Positions 28,129 to 38,395 of a stretch of 64,000 bases of DNA are shown here, in pieces. The translations under genes and the position numbers were made by a program. The notes below the pieces were generated by a model, which had not been told where the DNA came from, ran no database searches, and worked only from the letters and a program-made list of their open reading frames with translations. Location of the stretch: IMG/VR virus record IMGVR_UViG_3300036859_000973, positions 1 through 64,000 of that record. The stretch is one strand, 5' to 3'. The stretch comes from a virus. Each line of letters begins with the position of its first letter. Within the stretch, counting starts at the first letter, position 1.

Positions 28129-29502
28129 TTGGCGGCCGTGGACTTCGTCATCACGACGACCAACCTGGATGCCAAGGGCAGCGGGCGCCGCGGCGCGCGC
28201 ATCCTTGCCCTCGTGGCCCCCTTGGAGGCCCTGGGCGGTTCCGAGTCGGCCAACGTCGTCAAGCGCGTGATCCGCGTGGCCGACGCCGAGGAGTTCTTCG
28301 GCGTGGGATCGAAGCTCGCCCTCGGCGCGAAGGCCGCCATCAACTCGGGTGCGCGCCCCATCTTCGAGGTCGCCGCTGACGACCTCGCGGGCTCGCCGTT
28401 CACGGAGACGTTCGGCACGGGTGGCGCCATCACGACCGGCACGCTCACTGCGGCCAACCTCCCGCTCACCGAGATCACGGCCGCGTCGCGCGATGGCTCG
28501 AACATCCTGGCCGGCGTGAAGTTCACGTCGAAGGACCCCGCGACCGTCTCGCCAGCGCCCGCCGCAGCCGAGGTCTTCATCAACCCGAAGACGGGAGCGT
28601 TCAAGCTGGGTACGGCGACCACGGGGGCCGGCGCGGGCTTCGTCGTCACCTACAAGAGCCACGACTGGCAGGCCGCGTTCAACGTGCTCGCCCTGGAGGA
28701 CTACGAGATCCTCGCGCCCGCGGGCTTCCAATTCACGGCGCAGAACTTCGGCATCTACGACAAGTTCCTCACCGAGGCCGAGGACCGCTTCAAGCTGGTC
28801 TGCGGCGGCCTCGCGGACGGCGTGGCCGTCACCGATGTCGGGGACGCCACGGCGAACTCGATCTTCGACGTGGCCGACATCGGCACTAAGCCGCGCCTCA
28901 ACCTGCTGGCGGCGTTCTACGCCAGCGGCGACGACCTCACGTCCGCGTGGGCGGGCGACCGCGTGGCCGACGTGGCCAACGGCACGTCCAAGATGCAGCC
29001 AGCGCCCGAGGGCGTCACCTACGACGACTCGTACCTCGAAGATGACTTCGGCGCCGAGGAGAGCCCCGCCGCCGGCACCTGGCACGCCGCGGGCGTCAAC
29101 GCCGTCATCAAGAACGAGTTCGGCGCCTTCGAGGTCACGAACGACCGCAGCCGCACGCCCTACACCGACTTCCAGAAGTTCTGGAGCACCACGCGCAACA
29201 TCCGCGCCGTGAACGTGCGCGTCGAGGGCGACCTCATCAACGCGCGCCGGCGCAGCAGCGTCGCCATCCCCTTCACGCAGGGTGGCATGGAGATCATCCG
29301 CGGCGTGATCGAGAACTCGCTCAGCAGCTTGCTCGGCCAGGGTCTCATCGCGCCCGAGCCAGCGCCGGTGGTCATCGTGCCCAACGTCGAGGAGGTGGAC
29401 GCCACCGACCGCGCGAACCGCGTGGTGACGGGCGTCGAATACACCTACCGCCTGCCCGGCCAGGTCCATCTCGTGAAGATCGTCGCCAACGTGTCCATCT
29501 GA
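28129..29502 (+). CDS. Tail sheath protein
   Basis: AEEFFGVGSKL, GVNAVI, IPFTQGGMEII, DRANRV...GQVHLVKIV; TTG start. Confidence 0.9.
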   Translation: MAAVDFVITTTNLDAKGSGRRGARILALVAPLEALGGSESANVVKRVIRVADAEEFFGVGSKLALGAKAAINSGARPIFEVAADDLAGSPFTETFGTGGAITTGTLTAANLPLTEITAASRDGSNILAGVKFTSKDPATVSPAPAAAEVFINPKTGAFKLGTATTGAGAGFVVTYKSHDWQAAFNVLALEDYEILAPAGFQFTAQNFGIYDKFLTEAEDRFKLVCGGLADGVAVTDVGDATANSIFDVADIGTKPRLNLLAAFYASGDDLTSAWAGDRVADVANGTSKMQPAPEGVTYDDSYLEDDFGAEESPAAGTWHAAGVNAVIKNEFGAFEVTNDRSRTPYTDFQKFWSTTRNIRAVNVRVEGDLINARRRSSVAIPFTQGGMEIIRGVIENSLSSLLGQGLIAPEPAPVVIVPNVEEVDATDRANRVVTGVEYTYRLPGQVHLVKIVANVSI

Positions 29503-29521
29503 GGATCTCTGAGGTCTCATC

Positions 29522-29944
29522 ATGTCCAACTGGGAACCAAGCGACTGGGACCTTCTCGTGGCAGAGGAGATCGTCAGCGAGCCCGGGGACAAGCTTCGCG
29601 GGTGGAAACCGAACGGCGAGCCTTCCCCGATCGAGGGGCCCGGTGGCGTGTGGTACGGCTTCAACACGCAGAAGGGCGCCAACGGCGTCCGCTTCCAGAT
29701 CACCGTCAAGAGTTCCTCGACGCACCTGAAGAAGCTCTACGATGCCGCCAAGGAGATGCGCGAGGTCCCGATCTACGCCGTGCTGGCGCGCAACATCGGC
29801 ACCTACCCGCCGAACTACCCGAAGCGTATCGGCGCGAAGCGGTGCGTCCTGGCCCCCGGCGAGGGCATGGCCGGCACCAGCGAGGCCGGCGACGTCACAT
29901 TCGACGTGCTCGGTATTGATCCCGTCATCGAGGTTATTGGCTGA
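29522..29944 (+). CDS. Tail tube protein
   Basis: 140 aa after the sheath; ITVKSSS..LKKL pattern. Confidence 0.75.
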   Translation: MSNWEPSDWDLLVAEEIVSEPGDKLRGWKPNGEPSPIEGPGGVWYGFNTQKGANGVRFQITVKSSSTHLKKLYDAAKEMREVPIYAVLARNIGTYPPNYPKRIGAKRCVLAPGEGMAGTSEAGDVTFDVLGIDPVIEVIG

Positions 29945-29996
29945 GCGGCGCCGATTTCGTCTCCTTGATGGGGCGGCGCCGTCCTAGCCTCGATCC

Positions 29997-30773
29997 ATGG
30001 CCGACTCACCTGCCTCCCAGGTCCAGCCACCTCCCACGGAGGAGGAGCTTCGCGCCGTCGAGGCGCTGTTCGTCGAGAGCAACGAGCCCCTTGTCGGCAC
30101 GCTCGATGACGCCTTCATCCACGACGACGAGATCGACGAGGTCCTCGTCCCGACGGGGCGCCATCGCGACGGGCAGCAAGTGGCCATCGTGGTCAAGGTG
30201 CGCGATCCAGGCGTGAGTTCCCAGGCCGTCGCCCTCGAACTCGCCGATCCGAAGGAGAAGGAGCTTGCGACGCTCCGACTCTGGCGCGCGTGCGTCGTGG
30301 AGCCGCGCGAGATCGCGCGCAGCTACGTCCACGAGGAGGCCAAGGACGCGGACGTGCGCGCGTGGGAGGCAGCCGAGGCTGCGTGGCAGAAGGCCGCCGA
30401 GGACAAGCGCGGCCCGCGGCCGAAGCGTCCCTTCTGCTTCGAGGACACCACGACCGCGTTCCGCGGCTTCCTCACCATCGAGCTTCAGTTGAAGCTGGGG
30501 ATCGACGCGGATTTTACGCAACGCCTCCTCCGCAAGACGGTGTCCAAGGAGGCAGTCCATCGGGCGATCAAATCGTACACGAAGTCGCTGCCGCCTACCG
30601 GCTCGATCCGGAGGAAGTTGCACGACGAGCGCGAGTCCGCCCGCGCTGGCTCGCCGACGCCTACCTCTGGCTCCGCATCCGTCACGGACGAGAGCGCGCC
30701 GAACGGTTCATCGACACCACCTACGCCGTCGCCAGCGGCTTCGGCGGGAAGTTCCAACACCCCGAACTCCTGA
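29997..30773 (+). CDS. Tail assembly chaperone (gpG-like); -1 frameshift product predicted to end at 30889
   Basis: Lies between tube and tape measure; G GAT TTT at 30509-30515; overlapping open -1 frame. Confidence 0.7.
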   Translation: MADSPASQVQPPPTEEELRAVEALFVESNEPLVGTLDDAFIHDDEIDEVLVPTGRHRDGQQVAIVVKVRDPGVSSQAVALELADPKEKELATLRLWRACVVEPREIARSYVHEEAKDADVRAWEAAEAAWQKAAEDKRGPRPKRPFCFEDTTTAFRGFLTIELQLKLGIDADFTQRLLRKTVSKEAVHRAIKSYTKSLPPTGSIRRKLHDERESARAGSPTPTSGSASVTDESAPNGSSTPPTPSPAASAGSSNTPNS

Positions 30774-30893
30774 AGGAGGTCACACCGCGCATGACCGAAC
30801 TGCAACGCCACCTCGCCGCGAAGGGCACGGCCAGCGAGAAGCCCGGCTACAGGCCGACGATCGACGGCGGCTTCGAGATCCGGTTCTGAGACG

Positions 30894-31715
30894 ATGGTCG
30901 CCGCGCTCTCCGAGGAGAGGCAACTGGCCATCTGCGGTGCCTACCTTGGGGGTTTCGGGGCCGCGAGGGCTGGTGCCCTCGTCGGGGCTTCAAAGTGCGC
31001 AGCCGAGGGCGCGATCAGGAGACACGGAATCTCCATGCGCACGGCGGAACAGGCGTCACGAAGGTACGATCTCGACGAGCACTTCTTCGACTCCATCGAC
31101 ACGGAGGAGAAGGCGTACTGGCTTGGCTTCGTCGTGGCCGACGGGTACATCACGCCTGCCGGCTCGATCAAGCTGGGGTTGCAGGAGAGAGACAGGAGTC
31201 ACATCGAGAAGTTCCGTGCCGCGCTGAAGAGCGACATGTCGATCAGATCGTACAACTACGGCGACCCCTATGCCATAATGGAGGTGCGGAGCAAGACGAT
31301 GTTCGCTGCGTTGCAGCGTCTTGGTGTCGCGTGCCTGAAACCGAAGAGGGCGGTTCCGGATGTCCGGGAGGACTTGCTCCGTCACTACTGGCGCGGGGCG
31401 TTCGATGCCGATGGAACCCTCACGAACTATCCGAAGTGCAGCCGATACAAGGACACGATCTACGTCTATGATTCATGGGGGGCTCAATTCACAGGAAACT
31501 TGAGTGCTGTTATGGCGTTTGAGAGGTTCGTAGGGGAAAATACTGGATTGAGAGCGCACGTTGGAAGCTACAAGGACGGGAGCAACAGGGCCACTTATGG
31601 CAACAAAGGCGCTTCAATTGTGGCTTCATTGTTGTATAACGGATGCAATTATTTCCTCGATAGGAAGAAGGTGCTTGCTGAGAGGATTTCTCTTTGTTTC
31701 TCGGAGGAATCCTGA
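30894..31715 (+). mobile_element. Free-standing LAGLIDADG homing endonuclease gene
   Basis: AYWLGFVVADG and RHYWRGAFDADG; lower GC; related to 15134-16069. Confidence 0.9.
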
Positions 31716-33775
31716 TGGTCATCTTCGCTGGCGCTGGAGCATTGAGGACATTAGTGCTTGCATTGAGACTTGACGATGGGGGCCTCACGCGCGACCTCCG
31801 TCGCAGCGGCGCAGGCGTCAGCCTCTTCACGCGCGGCGTCGGCAACGCGGACCGTTCCCTCTTCGCGCTCCAGACCCAGCTTGCGATCACGGCCGTCACG
31901 GCGGGCGTCTTCACGGCCGCGATGGGCTCCGCCTTCGCGAGCTTCGAGCGCGAGATCACGCTGGGCGCCATCGCCGACGGCGCGGAGGGAGCCGCCGACC
32001 GGTTCAAGACGCTCTCGGCCGAGGCGTTGACGCTGAGCCGCCGCTTCGCCCGCAGCCCGCAGGACATGGCGGTGCTGATCCGCAGCATCCAGGAACTCGG
32101 CATCTCGACCGACGCTTCCGCCGACTCGCTGGCCCGCGCCGCGATCCAGCTTGGCCTGATCGGCGGCGTCCCGGCCGACGAGGCCGCCAAGACCATCTTC
32201 CGTCTCACGCGCCTCACGACGCGCGCGGGCGAGAGCTTCGAGGACAACCTCACGCAGGGCGCCGAGGGCACGGCCAACGCCATCCTGCGCGTCGGCCAGC
32301 AGACGGCCGCTGGAACGCGCGGCCTTGAGGACTTCCTCCGCAAGTTCGCCACCATCGGCCTTGCTTCCCGTTTCTCGCGTGCCGAGGTCATCGCGCTCGC
32401 CGGCGCCTTCGCCGACCTCGACGAGAGCACCCGCGAGGTCTCGACGAGCTTCATCCAGACGCTCTTCGGCAGCGACATCCCCGAGCGGGCGCGCGCCATC
32501 GCAGAGGCGATCGGCGAGCCCGTCGAGAAGCTCGAAGACCTGCGCCGCGATCGCCCCTTCGAGCTTCTGCTCCGTCTCGCGCAGCACTTCCGCCGCGTCG
32601 AGGCATCCGGGGGCAACCTGGCCCAGGAGTTCCGCCGCCTCGGCATCGACCAGGTCCGCTACATCCGGCAGGCCACCGCGCTCACGGCGCAGGTCGAGAT
32701 CCTGCCGCGCTTGCTCGAAACCGCCAGCGAGGCCACGAAGGACTCCAGCGAGTTGAACAACCAGGCCGCGATCGTCCTCGACACGACGGCGGAGCGCTGG
32801 AACGCGCTCAAGGCGTCCGTGCAGCGCTTCGCCATCGCGGCCGGCGGGACCCTGAAGCCGCTCCTCGTGACGCTCACGGGCCTCCTGACGGGCCTGGCGG
32901 ACGCGCTGGAGCGGAACCGCGCCCTTGCGGCCGCCTTCGCGTTCGGCACGCTGGCCGTCACGATCCGGTCCCTCAGAGGCCTCATCGCCACGATGGGCGG
33001 AGCGAGCGGCCTCCTGGGCTTCGCCGGCCTCGGTGGAGTGGCGGGCGGCTTCCGTGCCGGCAGGCTCGCCGTGGGGGCTGGCGGTCTTGGCCGCACGGCC
33101 CTGGGCTTCTCCGCGCTCGACCGCGCCCTCCTCGCTGGAGGGGCGGCCGGAGGCCTCGCACAGCCCGCCGGGCGGCTCGCGGGGCTCGGTGGCGGCCTCC
33201 TTGGCGCCCTCGTGCCTGGCGGTGCTGGCATCGCCGGGCGCCTCGCCACCTCCTCGCTCGGCCGCTTCGCCCTCATGGCCGGGCCCATCGGCCTCGCAGT
33301 GGGGCTCCTCGCGCTCCTGGGCCCGATGTTCGCCAGCCTCGGCCGCGCGCTCGCGGACGCAGGCAAGGCAGGCGGCCTCGCGGGCATCGCGTTCAAGACC
33401 CTCGCCATCATCATGAAGATCATCGAGACCGGCGCCAACCTCCTGAACAAGGCGTTCTCGCTCCTGCTCGACGCCATCAAGTTCGGGCTCAAGATCGTCG
33501 GCGACATCATCGGCGTGGACATCGTCGGCTCCATCAACGCGGGTCTCGACCAGATCATCGGCGGCCTCGACACGTTCAACGCGGGCATCGCCGGCACGCC
33601 AGCGCCCGAGGCCGGCGCTGCCGCTGCGGCTGCGCCCGCGGCGCAGACGAACCTCTACACGAGCATCAACCTCAACGAGGGCGGCGACGTGGCCTCGCGC
33701 ACAGTGCGCGACGTCGCAGCGTCGCACGCCTTCGGGCTGAACCGGCGCAGCCGGGTGGTGGTGGCCAGTGGCTAG
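31715..33775 (+). CDS. Tape measure protein
   Basis: Helical Ala/Gly/Leu-rich 686 aa with hydrophobic segments; synteny. Confidence 0.85.
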   Translation: MVIFAGAGALRTLVLALRLDDGGLTRDLRRSGAGVSLFTRGVGNADRSLFALQTQLAITAVTAGVFTAAMGSAFASFEREITLGAIADGAEGAADRFKTLSAEALTLSRRFARSPQDMAVLIRSIQELGISTDASADSLARAAIQLGLIGGVPADEAAKTIFRLTRLTTRAGESFEDNLTQGAEGTANAILRVGQQTAAGTRGLEDFLRKFATIGLASRFSRAEVIALAGAFADLDESTREVSTSFIQTLFGSDIPERARAIAEAIGEPVEKLEDLRRDRPFELLLRLAQHFRRVEASGGNLAQEFRRLGIDQVRYIRQATALTAQVEILPRLLETASEATKDSSELNNQAAIVLDTTAERWNALKASVQRFAIAAGGTLKPLLVTLTGLLTGLADALERNRALAAAFAFGTLAVTIRSLRGLIATMGGASGLLGFAGLGGVAGGFRAGRLAVGAGGLGRTALGFSALDRALLAGGAAGGLAQPAGRLAGLGGGLLGALVPGGAGIAGRLATSSLGRFALMAGPIGLAVGLLALLGPMFASLGRALADAGKAGGLAGIAFKTLAIIMKIIETGANLLNKAFSLLLDAIKFGLKIVGDIIGVDIVGSINAGLDQIIGGLDTFNAGIAGTPAPEAGAAAAAAPAAQTNLYTSINLNEGGDVASRTVRDVAASHAFGLNRRSRVVVASG

Positions 33776-34595
33776 TCCCAAGGTGTTCTTCGCGGACCGC
33801 GAGACGGACGCCATCCACACCTTCGACCTGTGGAAGCAATCCGACTTCGAGGACCCTCTGGAGATCAGTGACCGTCCGGTCCAGGGAGCCGTTGCCCAGT
33901 TCCCGAGTGGCGAGTTCGGCCGCGCCCTCCCACCCACGCTGCGCCTCGACGTCCAGTTGGCCAAGATCACCACGTCCGGATCGGGCCGGAACGACTTCTT
34001 CCAGTCCGATCCCGTGCGTGGCCAGTTCCACCGCCTGCGCCAGTTGAAGGGGCGCCTCGTGGAGGTCACGACGCGCTACGTCGCGATGACTGGCGTCGTG
34101 GTGAACGTCCGTCTCGCTGATGACGGCAAGTACGACGAGTACGCCGTGGCCACCGTCGAGGTGCGCGCCCTCGGCTTCGCCGGCGATGGGGGCGTCGAGC
34201 TTGGCACGGTAGTCGTGCCACGCGCGGCCACCGATCCTGGTGTTGATCCCACCTTTGGCCCATTCATCACGCCAGAGCAACTCGAACAGCTTCGTGGGGC
34301 CATGCCAGGCACGGGCCCGCACGACTGCTCGCGCCTGGAAACTGGCTTCGTCGCGGACACGTCCATGCTCGTCACCGACCACCTCTTCGGATTTGCCGGT
34401 CTGAAAGATCTTGCCCCCGTCTTCGAGGCCGCAGGGGCGGCAGCCGGCCCCTTCTTCATCGGCGGGGACGCCATTAACAGCCAAATCGACCAGGCGCTCG
34501 TGACGGCCGTGAGGTTTGCGGGCGAGACGTTCTTCTCGTTGCCAGAGGCGCTGACTGCCGCACTTCCGCATACCGAATACGGGGAGTGCAAGTGA
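33768..34595 (+). CDS. Tail tube initiator / distal tail baseplate protein
   Basis: ISDRPVQG motif; follows the tape measure gene. Confidence 0.65.
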   Translation: MASPKVFFADRETDAIHTFDLWKQSDFEDPLEISDRPVQGAVAQFPSGEFGRALPPTLRLDVQLAKITTSGSGRNDFFQSDPVRGQFHRLRQLKGRLVEVTTRYVAMTGVVVNVRLADDGKYDEYAVATVEVRALGFAGDGGVELGTVVVPRAATDPGVDPTFGPFITPEQLEQLRGAMPGTGPHDCSRLETGFVADTSMLVTDHLFGFAGLKDLAPVFEAAGAAAGPFFIGGDAINSQIDQALVTAVRFAGETFFSLPEALTAALPHTEYGECK

Positions 34596-34596
34596 G

Positions 34597-34971
34597 ATGG
34601 CTTACGGCTTCGTCGTGAAGGGGAGTGCCCGCGTTATCCCGGCGGTCAAGATCGTGCGGCGGTCCACCGACTTCGCTGCGATCGTCCGCATCGCCGGCAC
34701 GAGCTATCAATTCCTGTTCTCGTGGAACGGCCTTCACGGCTACTACTCGATGAAGATCGTGCGCGACGACAATCGCGTTCTCCTCCAGCGCTGGCCCGAG
34801 ACCGGCGAGTTCACCGACCCGATCAGGAACTTCAGTCTCAAGAATCCAGAGATGCCGGACGCGAGGATCGCCATCCTCGACACGACGGGCGAGAACGCGG
34901 CGCTGTCGCCAGCGAACTTCGGCGACACGCACTTCGTCGCCATCATGCTCGGTCGGGTGGTGCCGCTCTGA
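34597..34971 (+). CDS. Baseplate plug-like protein
   Basis: IAGTSYQFLFSWNG...YYSMKI. Confidence 0.65.
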   Translation: MAYGFVVKGSARVIPAVKIVRRSTDFAAIVRIAGTSYQFLFSWNGLHGYYSMKIVRDDNRVLLQRWPETGEFTDPIRNFSLKNPEMPDARIAILDTTGENAALSPANFGDTHFVAIMLGRVVPL

Positions 34972-35999
34972 CAAGGTTCTTCCAGCCGGTGGCGATCCTC
35001 AAGATCCAGCGGGCGTTCCAATCTACCTCGACGCGCGGCTTCGACGTCCCGCCGCTCGACGCCGAGATTGCCTACGTCTTCAACTGGCCCGCGCTCAGCT
35101 TCCAGGCCGTCGTCGATCAAGCAGCGTCCCGTGACGGCTTTGTCAAGAGCCTCGTCGCCGACATCTCGAACATCGACCCGGAGCTTGTGTGGAACCTCCG
35201 CGGCGGCGGCATCGTCGAACTCCACGCCGGCTACGAGGATGCCATCTCCGCCGACGAGCGCAGTCCCCCAACGGTGCGCCCGATCTTCGCGGGGATACTC
35301 GACCTCGCGTACAACGTCGGCGAGGGGGGATCGAACATCCTCCACATCGAGGCTTCGAGCGCCGCGTCAAGATCGGAAGACGGTGTCTTCCCAGTCCACG
35401 TCCGTGCCGAGACCACGACGATCGGCGAGGCGATCCGCCTCCTGGCGCAGGCTGTCGGCGGGACGGCCATCCTGCCGCGGAGCGCGACGGGCGACGATCC
35501 CGACATCCCTGGGAACAAAGACCGCGTGCGGCTCAAGCCGCCGTACACCGCGACGCAGCCGGTCCGGCGCGAGATCGAACTCCTCGTCAGCGAGCTTACT
35601 ACCGCGACGGGGCTCGAACACACGCTCGTCATCTCCGACGAGGCTCCGTTCACCTACGTCATCGTCAACGAGCACGACCCCGGCGAGGAGATCGAGATCG
35701 ACATCGGCGAGGAGGGCGACACCATCACGCACGCCTCGCCCATGATCGTGCGCGGCGAGCCCGAGGGATTCCAGGGCCTCGGCGACGTGATCTCGGTCGG
35801 CGAGCTTGAGGAGCAGATGGCGACGCTCGGCTTCGACATCGACGGGGCCTTCGATCCGCGCTACGCCGTGGGGCTACGCATCACCGTCAACCGGAACCGC
35901 GTCCCGCAGGGCAGGATGCTCGTCGCGGAGCTTCGCAGCCAGGTCGGCGACCACTGGAGTTCCCACCTCACGGGGCCCTTCACGGAGGACATCGAATGA
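34968..35999 (+). CDS. Baseplate hub protein
   Basis: DISNI...VELHAGY...IFAG; start uncertain (CTG 34968 or GTG 34989). Confidence 0.75.
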   Translation: MTRFFQPVAILKIQRAFQSTSTRGFDVPPLDAEIAYVFNWPALSFQAVVDQAASRDGFVKSLVADISNIDPELVWNLRGGGIVELHAGYEDAISADERSPPTVRPIFAGILDLAYNVGEGGSNILHIEASSAASRSEDGVFPVHVRAETTTIGEAIRLLAQAVGGTAILPRSATGDDPDIPGNKDRVRLKPPYTATQPVRREIELLVSELTTATGLEHTLVISDEAPFTYVIVNEHDPGEEIEIDIGEEGDTITHASPMIVRGEPEGFQGLGDVISVGELEEQMATLGFDIDGAFDPRYAVGLRITVNRNRVPQGRMLVAELRSQVGDHWSSHLTGPFTEDIE

Positions 36000-36664
36000 G
36001 GGGCTTCAAGGGCTTCCTCGGCCAGCGCCACGGCGACGTGCAGAACCGCGCCGCAGACGCGCTGAACTTCCGCGCCGCGATCCGGCGCGCCTGCGACGGC
36101 CTGCGCACGACGGAGCCGGCCGTCGTCCAGAGCTACGATGCGGCGCGGCAGCGCGTGAACGTCCGCCTGAAGAACTTCCCCTCCGCGCTCGCCATCGAGG
36201 ACGTGCCGATCCTGCGCGCCGGCGGGAGGTTCCGCGTCATCACGCCCCTCGCCGCTGGCGAGGTTGGCGCGCTCGTCTTCTCGGGCACCGACAGCCGCGG
36301 CAGCTATGCCACGGCCCTCGTCACGAAGGCCATCACGACCTTGTGCCACACGGGGCGCGGCTGCGTGTTCATCCCCGGCGCGATGCTCTCCGAGGACGCG
36401 ACCCCCACCATCTTCGACGCTGCGGCGACGTCGGAGCAGGCCGACAAGCTCGGGCCCGACGACGGAGGCATCTTCGATACGCTCACGGGAAGCTTCCTGA
36501 TGTTCAAGAGCAACGGCGACGTCGTGCTGAAGTGCGCCAAGTTCTACGTCGGAGGCGTCGCCGACGACGTTGTGGACTTCAAGGCGGCCGCGCGCACGGG
36601 TGACGCGGTCGCGGGGGCCGGCGCCATCACGGGCGGGTCGGCCGTCGTATTTATCGGAGACTGA
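35996..36664 (+). CDS. Baseplate spike (Gp138/gpV-like) with PAAR-like tip
   Basis: PAVVQSYD...IEDVPI...PLAAGEVGALVFS; ends AARTGD...GAITGGSAVVFIG. Confidence 0.85.
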   Translation: MRGFKGFLGQRHGDVQNRAADALNFRAAIRRACDGLRTTEPAVVQSYDAARQRVNVRLKNFPSALAIEDVPILRAGGRFRVITPLAAGEVGALVFSGTDSRGSYATALVTKAITTLCHTGRGCVFIPGAMLSEDATPTIFDAAATSEQADKLGPDDGGIFDTLTGSFLMFKSNGDVVLKCAKFYVGGVADDVVDFKAAARTGDAVAGAGAITGGSAVVFIGD

Positions 36665-36670
36665 GAATCC

Positions 36671-37153
36671 ATGGCTGGAACGACCTACGGCGAGTGCTTC
36701 GAGGTGGACAAGGACGGCGACGCCGTCTTCGACTTCTTCCGCGGCCCGCCGCTGAGCGACGTGCTGGGCGCCGTGGGCGAGGGCGCCCTCGGCGAGAGTG
36801 TCCTCGACGTCTCGCTCGGGCCCGAGGTTCCGACCGGCTTCGCCATCGTCGAGGACGTCGAGGCCGTCGCCCAGGCGATCCGCCTCCGTCTCCAGACGCG
36901 GCGCGGCGAGGACCCCTTCGCCCCGGAGGTCGGGCTTCCGGTGCGCCAGATGGTGGGCAAGCTCGACCAGGACTTCATCGCTGGCCAGGTTCGCCGCGTG
37001 GTGCTCGCCGATCTGCGTGTCTCCGACGTCCAGAACGTCGAGACGGTCTTCGGCAACGACACGGACCGCGCCAACCGCGTCGTCACAGTCAGTTTCGATG
37101 TCCTTTTGAAGGACGGTAGGACGTTCACCCTCGTCGAAGCGTTGAGCGTCTGA
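36671..37153 (+). CDS. Sheath initiator / gp25-like baseplate protein
   Basis: EAVAQAIRLRLQTRRGE.PF.PEVGL...DLRV. Confidence 0.8.
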   Translation: MAGTTYGECFEVDKDGDAVFDFFRGPPLSDVLGAVGEGALGESVLDVSLGPEVPTGFAIVEDVEAVAQAIRLRLQTRRGEDPFAPEVGLPVRQMVGKLDQDFIAGQVRRVVLADLRVSDVQNVETVFGNDTDRANRVVTVSFDVLLKDGRTFTLVEALSV

Positions 37154-37160
37154 GGTGTCC

Positions 37161-37916
37161 ATGTCCTCGAACTTTCCAGGGTCGGCGGACGCCTATGGCG
37201 CCTCGGGCCTCCACAAGGTCAACTTCCTCGGGATCAGCGAGTTGACGACGGCGATCACCAGCGGTTCGACGACGTTCACCGTCGCGAGCGCCTCAACGGG
37301 GACGACGTGGCCAGCCGACAACTTCGCCGTGCGCATCGGTGACGAGGACATCTTCGTCTCCTCGCGCACGGGGGCTGTCTGCACGATCGGGGCCCGCGCG
37401 CACGACAACACGGCGCAGGCCGACCACGCGATCGGCGACGACGTCCGCGTGGTGATGGACTCCGACGCGCTCATGAAGATGAGCGACGCGATCATCGCGA
37501 TCGAGACGTACCTCCTCTCGGGCGGTACTGGTCTCAACGCGGCGGACAACGAGACGATCACGGGCGCGTGGACCTTCGACAACACCCTCACCATGGCCAA
37601 CGGCCGCAACATCGTCGTCGGCACGTCCACCGGCACGAAGATCGGTACGGCGACCGGCCAGAAGCTCGGGTTCTTCAATGCCGCCCCCGTCATCCAGCGC
37701 TCCGATTTCGGGGCCCTCACGGACAGCACCGGCCAGACACCCGACAACACCATCGAGAACGTGCCCGACCCGGCGGACACACCGGCAGACGCCGATGCGC
37801 TGCGCGACGACCTGGTGGCGAACACGCTGCCGGCCATCGAGCGGAACCTGAGCGACCTCGCCGACCAGATCAACGCGATCCGCACGGTCCTGCGCGACCT
37901 CGGATTTGTCGCCTGA
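37161..37916 (+). CDS. Putative short fibre/structural protein
   Basis: LTTAITSGSTTFTVAS..., ETITGAWTF, GTKIGTATGQKLGFF, INAIRTVLRDLG. Confidence 0.65.
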   Translation: MSSNFPGSADAYGASGLHKVNFLGISELTTAITSGSTTFTVASASTGTTWPADNFAVRIGDEDIFVSSRTGAVCTIGARAHDNTAQADHAIGDDVRVVMDSDALMKMSDAIIAIETYLLSGGTGLNAADNETITGAWTFDNTLTMANGRNIVVGTSTGTKIGTATGQKLGFFNAAPVIQRSDFGALTDSTGQTPDNTIENVPDPADTPADADALRDDLVANTLPAIERNLSDLADQINAIRTVLRDLGFVA

Positions 37917-37926
37917 GCGTGATTCC

Positions 37927-38388
37927 ATGGAAGCAACCCAAGAGCCTCCCAAGGCGGCCCCTGAGACCGCCTCGAAGTCCCTGACTCCCGACGGCGTCGC
38001 TGCCCTCCTCGAAGAGGAGAAGGCGCTGCTCGGCCGGCTCAACGTCGAGAACGTTCAGAAGATTGAACTCCTCAACGCCATGCGCGACGCCGGCAACGTG
38101 GAGATGACCAAACTCGACGGCGAGCGCGAGCGTCTTGAAGCCGAGCTTGAGGACGCCGTCGCCATGGAGGGCGTCGTCCCGCAGCAGGTCGTGGATGAGC
38201 AGCGGCGCCGCGTGAAGGCAGCCATCGAGGCGCACGCCAAGAAGGTCGAGGAGGTGCGCGAGGGCTGGAACAAGCGCATCACCGAGGCCATCGAGGACAG
38301 CAACGCCCACCGCAAGAAGATCCGCGAGTGCATCGGCCGCGTCCGGAACAAGGAGAACATCTACAAGATCATGGCCAAGAACAAGTGA
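37927..38388 (+). CDS. Coiled-coil hypothetical protein
   Basis: Charged heptad-rich ORF. Confidence 0.65.
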   Translation: MEATQEPPKAAPETASKSLTPDGVAALLEEEKALLGRLNVENVQKIELLNAMRDAGNVEMTKLDGERERLEAELEDAVAMEGVVPQQVVDEQRRRVKAAIEAHAKKVEEVREGWNKRITEAIEDSNAHRKKIRECIGRVRNKENIYKIMAKNK

Positions 38389-38395
38389 GCCCCTC

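Noticed and set aside
27802-34069. Long antisense ORFs (e.g. 27802-29709, 31751-34069; likewise 11273-13123 and 48525-50516)
   Set aside because: Shadow frames of GC-rich genes with low-information composition and no motifs.
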